From NCBI GenBank assembly GCA_035507035.1, contig DATJOJ010000032.1, positions 40,938 to 104,937 of the forward strand: a stretch of 64,000 bases of DNA, in the 5' to 3' direction. The notes under the pieces were generated by a model, which had not been told where the DNA came from, did not search any database, and saw nothing but the letters and a program-made list of their open reading frames with translations. Position numbers and translations under genes: made by a program. The first letter of the stretch is position 1. Each line of letters opens with the position of its first letter. Below, in pieces: positions 56,839 through 64,000 of this stretch. Source of the stretch: Terriglobales bacterium. Its GTDB lineage: Bacteria > Acidobacteriota > Terriglobia > Terriglobales > Acidobacteriaceae.

Positions 56839-58335
56839 TTGGTCGAAGATCCCAAATGGGAATTGGCGATTCTGGCTACAGTCCAGGGTTTCTACGAAAA
56901 GCTGCTGCAACCCTGTGTGGGTGGAGAAGTGCCGGTGCCCGCGGGCTTGGAAGCAGTCTCCCTGCAAAACGATGACAATGTAATGGGAACGCTGGCCAGC
57001 ATGCATCGCTGGCTGCATCTGCTCGACCTCGCCATCAATCCTGCCATGCTGCGCCGGGCGTTCACGGCGGAAACCGATCCGGAAATTGCTGAGGCGTTGC
57101 TCCGCTACTTCATTCGCCGGCCAGAACCGAGCGATACGCATCGCGACAAGACCGATCTCGTAGCAACTTTTCTTTACCGGCATCCGCGTGTGGCGGGGCA
57201 GTGGGAGCGGCGCGGCTTCGGCCTGGATGGCTCGCTGCCACTGGCGCCGTTTGAAATCGCGCTGATCGAAATCCTTTCGGATGGCGATGTGCCTTCACTC
57301 TCCGAAGAGCAAACCCAACTGTTGCGGCAGTTCGATCGACTGCAGGAAGAGGCGAATAATTTTCGCGATTTAAATACGCTGCTCGATTCTGGAATCATTC
57401 CCCGCGTGCGGGAGTTGAAGGCGCTGCTGGGGCCGTCGTTTTATCATCCCGGCGCCTTGGCGACGATTGCACCTTACAACACGGTTTTCGGCGAGAAATT
57501 CGACAGCCTTTTTTTGCAGGCAGCGAAGGAAATTCGCACTTTTGCGGATGCCCTGGAGCAACAAGGCGGCAGCATTCTGGGAACGGTGGATGGCGTCGAT
57601 GTCACCGTTGAGCACGTGGCGGCGCTGGAGGAGAGCGAGTTGCTGCGGATCGATTATGGCATCGCGTTGGAAAAATTTCGCCGGGTTTCTCGGCTGAGAA
57701 GAACTTTGGAACAGAAGCCGCCGGTGCGGCGGGCGACGGTGGCGGCTCGCGCGACACGAGACAAGCGCGAGGCCCCAGTCGGAGCGGCAGCGTCGGCGTT
57801 GCCGATGCTCGATATTGCGGTGATGCGGTCGGCAGTCACGGCACAACAGATTTCGGCGGAAGAGGGCAAGCTGCTGCGAGTGGAGGAATCGATTCGCGCC
57901 TTCGTGGGGGCGGCCGATCCGCGGTTTCGGCAAGTGGTTCCCATGCGATTTTTCAATTTGATTCTGACACCGGAGGAAGCAGATGCATACTGCTCAGATC
58001 GGCTTACAGAGAAGGATTCGCAAGCTGACGCCGCGCGCGCGCTGTTACGCAGCGTTGCGGTAGTGGCGCGCGTGACGACCGAACTCGAAGAACTGCGGCG
58101 CTCGGAGAATTCGCCGTCTTTGTGGAAGCTGCATGCCGATTCGCTTGTAGTCTTACTGGAGATTCAGCGCGCCGTGAATGAACAGGCGAACGCAGCGCTT
58201 GAATCGGCGCAGGGCGGCGGAGAAGCAGAAGCGATTCAGGCTTCGCTCAAAAAGCTGCGCGAATGTACGGAACGGGTGCTGAAGACGCTCAGCGTCAAGC
58301 CGGCTGGCAAAGTCGCAGCGGCAGGCAGCCGCTAA
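56839..58335 (+). CDS. Hypothetical cytoplasmic, predominantly helical 498-aa protein
   Basis: Long ORF with gene-like codon bias. TTG start is preceded by GGGAGCTAGGA. No TM segments and no recognisable motifs. Confidence 0.6.
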   Translation: MVEDPKWELAILATVQGFYEKLLQPCVGGEVPVPAGLEAVSLQNDDNVMGTLASMHRWLHLLDLAINPAMLRRAFTAETDPEIAEALLRYFIRRPEPSDTHRDKTDLVATFLYRHPRVAGQWERRGFGLDGSLPLAPFEIALIEILSDGDVPSLSEEQTQLLRQFDRLQEEANNFRDLNTLLDSGIIPRVRELKALLGPSFYHPGALATIAPYNTVFGEKFDSLFLQAAKEIRTFADALEQQGGSILGTVDGVDVTVEHVAALEESELLRIDYGIALEKFRRVSRLRRTLEQKPPVRRATVAARATRDKREAPVGAAASALPMLDIAVMRSAVTAQQISAEEGKLLRVEESIRAFVGAADPRFRQVVPMRFFNLILTPEEADAYCSDRLTEKDSQADAARALLRSVAVVARVTTELEELRRSENSPSLWKLHADSLVVLLEIQRAVNEQANAALESAQGGGEAEAIQASLKKLRECTERVLKTLSVKPAGKVAAAGSR

Positions 58336-58541
58336 TCGTTTTCTCAGATCGGCCCCCTCTCATATCGGGCTGGTTCAACAATCACTGACAATCAAGCCTC
58401 ATTTGGCGTACAAATCTCGCGTGCGAAGAGTTTCCGTTCCTGAGGATCTCTGCCGGTTCTCGGCGCGGATGGAGCGGGATCGCACAATCCAAATCGTTTT
58501 CAGGTTACTGGTTCGCTCAATGTCTCAGGCGGGTGTGAATC

Positions 58542-61424
58542 ATGGCAGCTGCCCGCAAAGCGCCGTTACCGTTCCCCTTCCCTGACGACCTGTCGGGGCA
58601 CAAGGTGGGCCGTTTTGTTGTCCGTCACAAGCTGGGTTGCGGAGGCATGGGTGAGGTTTATTACGCCGAAGACACCAAACTGCGGCGCCCGGTAGCGCTG
58701 AAGCGCGTGGCGGGCACGGTAGGAAGCGATCCCGAGGCGCGGCAACACATCCTACGAGAAGCCCAGCGTGCATCCGCGCTCAGTTCCGAACACATTGCCG
58801 CCGTTCATGACGTGCTGGAACAAGACGACGGAGTCTTGCTGGTGATGGAGTACGTGGAGGGCGAGACGCTGCGCCAGAGGCTGCGCAAGCCGATCGACTT
58901 GGAGCAGTTCTTTGAGATAGCCATGCAATGTGCGAAGGCGTTGATCGCGGCACACGAGCACGGGATCATCCACTGCGATATCAAACCGGAAAACATTATG
59001 CTCACTCCGTCAGGCCAGGTAAAGATTCTGGACTTCGGCGTCGCCAAGCACCTCCCGCGCTCGGACCAAAGTTCTACGCTGGACTCAAAGCTTCTTGGCG
59101 GAACACCCGCCTATATGTCGCCGGAGGTTCTGCTGGAAAAAGTGCCGGATGCGCGCAGTGATCTCTTTTCACTGGGCATTGTCTTTTACGAAATGCTGAC
59201 CCTGCGAAACCCTTTCTTGACGGGCAGCTTCATCACCACCAGTGAGCGCATCCTGCATGAAACCCCCAGCGCCGTTCATATCTTCAATCCTCACGTGCCT
59301 GCAGGATTAGAGGTCGTGGTCATGAAGGCGATGGCAAAGGCGGCAGAGGAACGGTATGCGAACGCAACCGAGCTGTTAGAGGATCTGCGCCGGGTGCAAG
59401 CCGGAGAGATGCCCACGAAAGCGGCCCAGACAACGAGGGAGTTTGGGAAGCGTCAACATTGGGGGATTGCGGCCGTCGCCTTAGTGCTTCTTATCGTCTT
59501 CCCATTTGCTGCTTACCATTGGACGCATCGGCCGCCGATTCTGGCCGAACGAGGTTGGATCCTGATTACAGATTTCGAGATCACGGGTGACGACAGCATC
59601 CCAGGCGAGGGAGTTCGGGAAGGATTGACGGTGGCGCTGCAACAGTCTCGCTATGTCAATGTGTTTCCCAGGACGCGCGCTTTTGAAACTCTGCAACGGA
59701 TGAAGAAAGCGGAGGCTCCGCGGATCGACGAAGCTCTCGGCCGAGAAATCTGCCGGCGTGAGAATCTGCAGGTATTACTCGCAGGAAGCATCGAACGCCT
59801 GGGGCAAGCGTTTCAAATCACGGTGCGAGGGGTCGACCCGGTGCGCGGCAACCTGCTATTCGCTGAACAGGAGCGGTTTGATCGCAAAGAACTGGTTTTC
59901 GAAAAAGTAGATGGGGTGGCGAAAAGCGTCCGCAGGGATTTGGGCGAGTCTCTTACCGGCATCGGGAAGAACAGTCGACCGCTCGCCAAAGTGACCACCA
60001 GCTCGCTCGACGCTCTACAGCTCTATTCCCAAGCCAAGGATGCTAAGGATCAGGGAAAGGACGAGCAGATTGAGGGCTTACTCAAAGGGGCACTGCGGCT
60101 GGATCCAAACTTCGCGATGGCTCACCTGCAAATGGGAGAATACTACGCAGCCGTGGTTGGCAGAAACGAAAAAGCTCTGGGCGAGCTGGAGAGTGCGTAC
60201 CAGCTGCGCAGAGAAGTGAGCGCCCGAGAGCAGTATCGAATCGAAGCGGCCTACTATGACCTGCAAGAACGCCCAGAAGACAAGGCGCAGTCGCTGCGTG
60301 TGCTGGTGGGTCTTTACCCAGACGATGAGGAGGCTCACACGGAACTGGCGAGTGCATATTACGACCTGGATCAGCTCGACAAGGCAATCTCCGAATCGCG
60401 AGAAGCGCTCAGGCTGAACCCGGCCTCTGCCCCTGCTTACGGCGGGCTAGTGCTCTACCTGGCACGCGACAACCGTGCTGACGACGCAATTTTGGCTGCC
60501 CGCGAAGCTGAGCACCGCGGCGTCGGCTCGCCGCGAATGCACTGGGGATTGGGCCTGGCATATCTCGGTCAGGGGAATGTGAGCAGGGCCCGCCAGGAGT
60601 TCGGGCAAATCGGAGACGACACGGAGACGAACCGTGATCTGCGAGAGTTATGTGCAACCGTGGCGGACCTCTACCAAGGCAAGCTGAGCTTCGCCGAGAA
60701 TGAACTGGAGACGAAAATTGAGGCCGTGCCTCCGCAGAGCGGAGGACTGCAGCTGTTCCGGCGCTACTTGCTTGGCCGCATCTATCTTCTGCAGGGCAGG
60801 GCACGCAAGGCGGAACTGCAGGCCGATTTGCTCATGCAGGTTCCGGTTAGCGGCTCGCAGGGAGGCGATTTCCTGAATGCAGGAATTCTCTATGCTCGCG
60901 CGAACCGGTTTGCGAAAGCGCAGCAAGCTTTGAATCGCCTGGATGAGTTGCAGAAGGCAACGGCCAGTTCATCAAATGTAAGCGACTTCCGTAACCTGGA
61001 AGGAGAAATCCTGCTGGCCGAGGGTGAATCGTTCGAAGCCGAGACTGCCCTTTCGGCTTCCACTCCGGCGTTCTTATCATTCATGTCTTCTGCAGGGCTG
61101 GCGCGCGCCTACCAAGGCCAAGGGAATTGGGAACGCGCCGCGGCGGCATGGGAAAAAGTCCTCGACAAAAAAGGAGAAATTCTGCAGAACGGCTTTCCCC
61201 CAGATTTGGCTTTCGCACACGTCGAGTTGGCGCGAGCTTATCGCCAGATCAACAACCACAACCTTGCCCGGCAACACTACGAGGATGCTCTTCGCATGTG
61301 GCAACACGGTGACGAGCTGAACTGGCTTTGGGATGCAAAGCGGGAACTCAACTCACTGGCTGCCGAAGCTAATCCCCACATCAATCCAACGGCTCGTCCA
61401 ACGAGAGCTGAAGATCGCCCATGA
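58542..61424 (+). CDS. Hanks-type Ser/Thr protein kinase with TM, extracytoplasmic domain and C-terminal TPR repeats
   Basis: LGCGGMGEVY, VALKRV, HCDIKPENIML, DFGVAK, GTPAYMSPE. TM segment WGIAAVALVLLIVFPFAAY. Multiple TPR-like A..Y..LG repeats. Confidence 0.9.
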   Translation: MAAARKAPLPFPFPDDLSGHKVGRFVVRHKLGCGGMGEVYYAEDTKLRRPVALKRVAGTVGSDPEARQHILREAQRASALSSEHIAAVHDVLEQDDGVLLVMEYVEGETLRQRLRKPIDLEQFFEIAMQCAKALIAAHEHGIIHCDIKPENIMLTPSGQVKILDFGVAKHLPRSDQSSTLDSKLLGGTPAYMSPEVLLEKVPDARSDLFSLGIVFYEMLTLRNPFLTGSFITTSERILHETPSAVHIFNPHVPAGLEVVVMKAMAKAAEERYANATELLEDLRRVQAGEMPTKAAQTTREFGKRQHWGIAAVALVLLIVFPFAAYHWTHRPPILAERGWILITDFEITGDDSIPGEGVREGLTVALQQSRYVNVFPRTRAFETLQRMKKAEAPRIDEALGREICRRENLQVLLAGSIERLGQAFQITVRGVDPVRGNLLFAEQERFDRKELVFEKVDGVAKSVRRDLGESLTGIGKNSRPLAKVTTSSLDALQLYSQAKDAKDQGKDEQIEGLLKGALRLDPNFAMAHLQMGEYYAAVVGRNEKALGELESAYQLRREVSAREQYRIEAAYYDLQERPEDKAQSLRVLVGLYPDDEEAHTELASAYYDLDQLDKAISESREALRLNPASAPAYGGLVLYLARDNRADDAILAAREAEHRGVGSPRMHWGLGLAYLGQGNVSRARQEFGQIGDDTETNRDLRELCATVADLYQGKLSFAENELETKIEAVPPQSGGLQLFRRYLLGRIYLLQGRARKAELQADLLMQVPVSGSQGGDFLNAGILYARANRFAKAQQALNRLDELQKATASSSNVSDFRNLEGEILLAEGESFEAETALSASTPAFLSFMSSAGLARAYQGQGNWERAAAAWEKVLDKKGEILQNGFPPDLAFAHVELARAYRQINNHNLARQHYEDALRMWQHGDELNWLWDAKRELNSLAAEANPHINPTARPTRAEDRP

Positions 61425-61439
61425 AAACAGGAGGATGTT

Positions 61440-61775
61440 ATGGATATGCTTATAACGCTGATCGGAAATGCGGCCGTCGATCCCGTGTTCCGCAAACGTT
61501 TCTTGGATAACCCAGTTGACACGGTGGATCACTATCGCTTTCGCCTCACTAAAGGAGAATTCGAACTGCTGCAGGCGGTATTCACCAATTTGAAACCGCA
61601 GGAAAAGGCAACGCTGGAAGAAACATTCGCAGCCCTCGAAGACAATCTTTACGCCAAAATTGAACCTTGCGGGCGCCCCTGTGTGTGGTCCCTCTGCCCG
61701 CCTCCGGAACTGCGCGCAGAACAGCCTAGGACTGGGAAACTCACAGAACTCAAGAAGCGAACCGGGACCAAATAG
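61440..61775 (+). CDS. Small protein with NHLP/Nif11-clan leader-like N-terminal domain and Cys/Pro-rich segment
   Basis: AGGAGG (61429-61434) lies 5 nt upstream of ATG 61440, 15 nt after the kinase stop. MDMLITLIGNAAVDPVFRKRFLDNPVDTV...LTKGEFELLQAVF resembles NHLP-clan leader helices. CGRPCVWSLCPPPE follows later. Confidence 0.6.
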   Translation: MDMLITLIGNAAVDPVFRKRFLDNPVDTVDHYRFRLTKGEFELLQAVFTNLKPQEKATLEETFAALEDNLYAKIEPCGRPCVWSLCPPPELRAEQPRTGKLTELKKRTGTK

Positions 61776-61808
61776 GTGAGAGAACGAAGAAAGAGGAACA
61801 GTGGAACT

Positions 61809-61846
61809 CCCCAGCCTTCGCAAAAAAAGGAGGCGGAAGGCTGGGG
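61809..61846. terminator. 11-bp-stem hairpin between convergent genes (possible bidirectional terminator)
   Basis: CCCCAGCCTTC(16-nt loop)GAAGGCTGGGG. A T-rich tail is present only on the minus-strand side (rne). Confidence 0.5.
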
Positions 61847-61867
61847 CATACGAGGTCCGATAGACAG

Positions 61868-64000
61868 CTAGTTGATATCGAACTGCTCCTGATGCAGCGC
61901 AGGATCGCTCTTCACGATCACCGTCTTTTTGGCCATCTCTTCCATTTCAGTGAGCAGGCGGCCGTTCGCCGACTTTAGCACCTTCGCAACTTCCGGATTG
62001 ACGCGCAGCATGACGTCGGGGTGCTCGAGGTGCTTCGCCATCTTGCGCATCTCGAGATAGATTTCGTTGCACACCGTGGTCGCCGACTTCACGAAGCCGG
62101 TGGACTGGCAATACGGGCATGGCGTGCCGATGGTGCGCTCGAGCGACTGCTTCACCCGCTTGCGGGTAATCGCGACCAGTCCGAAATCGTTAAACTGCAG
62201 GACCTTGGAGGGTGAGCGATCGCTGCGCAGCGCTTCTTCGAGCGCCTGCATGACTTTTTGCCGGTTGCGGCGTTCATCCATATCGATAAAGTCGATGATG
62301 ATGATGCCGCCGAGATCGCGCAAGCGAATCTGGCGAACGATTTCTTTGATGGCGTCGACGTTGGTCTTGACGATGGTGTCTTCGAGCCGTGCTGTCTTAC
62401 CGACATATTTGCCGGTGTTGACGTCGATGGCGACCAGCGCCTCGGCCTGGTTGATGACGATGTAGCCGCCACTCTTCAGCCAGACTTTCGACTTGAGCGC
62501 TTTGTTGATTTCGTCGGTCAGGCCGAACTGATCGAATAGCGGCGTCTCTTTCGTGTACAGCTTGACGCGCTTGACCAGCGCAGGCTGGAACCGGTTGGCG
62601 AAGCGCAGAATGCGTTCGTATTCCTGCTCGTTGTCGACCCAGACCGCGGAGAAATCGGAAGTGACCTGGTCTCGCAACACGCGTTCGACGACGTTCAGGT
62701 CATGGTAAATCAGAGCTGGGGCTTTGCCCATTTCCGCGCGGGTCTTGATTTCCGACCACAGGCCTTTGAGGAAACGGATATCGGCGCGGAGATCGTCTTC
62801 GGATGCTCCCTGAGCCGCGGTGCGAACGATGAAACCGCCGTGGCCGTTTTCGCGTTCGCTCAGGATGATTCGCTTCAGCCGTTGGCGCTCCTCCTCGGAA
62901 GAAATCTTTCGTGACACGCCAGTGTGATGCACGGTCGGCATGTAGACCAGGAAGCGGCCGGGAAGGGCGATGTGGCTGGTTATGCGCGCGCCTTTCTTGG
63001 CGATCGGTTCTTTAGCGATCTGAACCAGAATTTCCTGGCCTTCTTTCAGAAGGTCGGTGATCTGGGGAACGTTCTGCGGTTCCTGACGACGGAAGCGGCG
63101 ACCACCGCGGCGACCGCGCGGCCCACGACGATCGAACGCCGGACGCTGTGCCCGTTGGGTATAACCGGCGGTAGCAGAAGATGCTCTGACTTCGGCGCGG
63201 CCGTTAGTTTCGCCTTGCGCTTCGGCAGCGAGCAGCGCCTCAGCTTCGGCCTGCGCTTCTTCGAGCTCGGCTTCTTCTTCCGCTTCGTCGTCAGCCTCTT
63301 CTTCGGCTTCGGCAACCTCGGCTTGTCCGGCCGCGATGGGCTCAGCAGAAAAAGGAACGGGTTCGTCAGTGGGCTCGTGAGAAGCGCTGACCTTCGAAGG
63401 CCGCATCTCTATGGGATGATAGTCGGCAGCTTCGCGAGTTTCCTCTTCGAGGTCGTCGTAAACCGCGTCTTCTTCAAGTTCGGCTACGAAGGTGGCGAGG
63501 TCCTCGTGTCCAACTTCCTCTTCTTCAATCTCTTCTTCTTCCACGGTTCCAGCGGCACCCGCGGAGACGGCTGGGGCTCGCGGAGAAGTTTCCACCTCTT
63601 CGTGGTGGATGGTTTCCAGCTCGTCGATCTCTGGTTGTTCTTCTTCCGTCACCCCTCCGCCGAAAACGGCGTCGACATTCATCTTGTGGAGGCGCTGTTG
63701 CTCGGCGTCCCACGGAGAAGCTTCCTCGTGCTGAACAGTTTCGGTTTCGGGCCTTTCGATCGAAAAAGTGTGGCTTGAGACCTCGGGAATATTTCTGGTG
63801 TCGCCCGTGGCGCTGGCCGCGGCGGCCTGCGCGAACAGCGGCTCATCGTCGGGAAACGTGGAGGTCAGCGGTGTTTGAGATTCCGCCGGCACTTCAGGCC
63901 TGGAACCGGGGGCTTGCGCCCGCCCGCGATACTTCGAAATCGATTCTCCCGGCAGCACGATCGGCTGGTACCCGGGGGGTGGGCCATATTCCGGGCGTTC
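61868..64000 (-). CDS. Ribonuclease E/G family endoribonuclease, 5'-truncated by the window end
   Basis: ITDLLKEGQEILVQIAKEPIAKKGARITSHIALPGRFLVYMP, GFIVRTAA, AIDVNTGK, DFIDM, and Zn-link CPYCQSTG. The frame stays open from 63958 through 64000, so the true start lies outside the window. Confidence 0.88.
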   Translation of the reverse strand, partial: ERPEYGPPPGYQPIVLPGESISKYRGRAQAPGSRPEVPAESQTPLTSTFPDDEPLFAQAAAASATGDTRNIPEVSSHTFSIERPETETVQHEEASPWDAEQQRLHKMNVDAVFGGGVTEEEQPEIDELETIHHEEVETSPRAPAVSAGAAGTVEEEEIEEEEVGHEDLATFVAELEEDAVYDDLEEETREAADYHPIEMRPSKVSASHEPTDEPVPFSAEPIAAGQAEVAEAEEEADDEAEEEAELEEAQAEAEALLAAEAQGETNGRAEVRASSATAGYTQRAQRPAFDRRGPRGRRGGRRFRRQEPQNVPQITDLLKEGQEILVQIAKEPIAKKGARITSHIALPGRFLVYMPTVHHTGVSRKISSEEERQRLKRIILSERENGHGGFIVRTAAQGASEDDLRADIRFLKGLWSEIKTRAEMGKAPALIYHDLNVVERVLRDQVTSDFSAVWVDNEQEYERILRFANRFQPALVKRVKLYTKETPLFDQFGLTDEINKALKSKVWLKSGGYIVINQAEALVAIDVNTGKYVGKTARLEDTIVKTNVDAIKEIVRQIRLRDLGGIIIIDFIDMDERRNRQKVMQALEEALRSDRSPSKVLQFNDFGLVAITRKRVKQSLERTIGTPCPYCQSTGFVKSATTVCNEIYLEMRKMAKHLEHPDVMLRVNPEVAKVLKSANGRLLTEMEEMAKKTVIVKSDPALHQEQFDIN

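Noticed and set aside
58542-61775. Kinase + small Cys peptide as a class III/IV lanthipeptide (LanKC/LanL) system
   Set aside because: The kinase has a TM segment, an extracytoplasmic domain and TPR repeats. It has no lyase domain and no LanC-like cyclase. The peptide core has few Ser/Thr next to the Cys residues.
1-64000. CRISPR arrays, rRNA genes, IS elements, toxin-antitoxin or recognisable defence-system genes
   Set aside because: Reading both strands, I found no regularly spaced repeat arrays and no transposase, integrase, Cas or nuclease-helicase signatures.

Overview
Moderately GC-rich bacterial chromosomal segment, densely coding, with no rRNA, CRISPR array, IS element or prophage that I can see. 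The gene content (GloVer tandem-repeat protein, BNR/Asp-box propeller, TPR-linked Hanks kinase, several ECF sigma modules, RseB/LolA-like proteins, a Wzx/Wzy EPS locus) suggests a soil Acidobacteriota (Terriglobia-like) genome; that assignment is inference only. Layout: 1-9.4 kb holds housekeeping and miscellaneous genes (EF-G2-like GTPase 5' end, DUF2071, DCC thiol oxidoreductase, prolyl oligopeptidase, GloVer protein, biotin carboxylase + BCCP, STAS-like, cupin). 9.6-17.7 kb holds a BNR propeller, an OmpA-family hybrid and a sigma-54 NtrC-type two-component pair. 17.7-32.5 kb holds a complete Wzx/Wzy-type exopolysaccharide locus: Wza, PCP, degenerate BY-kinase-like protein, priming phosphotransferase, Wzy, Wzx, GT4, a fused double GT, a GT-C enzyme, a TPR protein and a divergent LuxR-type regulator. 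32.5-39.1 kb holds an S41 protease, an HK-RR-ECF sigma-RseB-like module and a second ECF sigma with a membrane partner. 39.4-49.1 kb holds an ArsR-SRPBCC operon, coaD, an aminotransferase, the GDP-mannose supply genes (manA, manC, PMM/PGM), an M48 protease and kdsB. 49.2-56.1 kb holds an Ig-repeat/beta-propeller lipoprotein, one tRNA(CAT), a YqaA-like protein, a HAD hydrolase, YjbR and cysE-cysK. 56.3-64 kb holds an orphan Flp pilin, a 498-aa unknown protein, a Ser/Thr kinase-TPR protein tightly followed by a small Cys-containing NHLP-leader-like ORF, and a 5'-truncated RNase E/G. I found no clear-cut novel system. The best leads are the kinase-coupled NHLP-like small protein, the pseudo-kinase in the EPS locus, the anti-sigma-less TCS-ECF-RseB-like module, an unannotated 43-aa basic ORF, and a few repeat or structured intergenic elements. 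All family calls come from motif recognition by eye, with no searches run.
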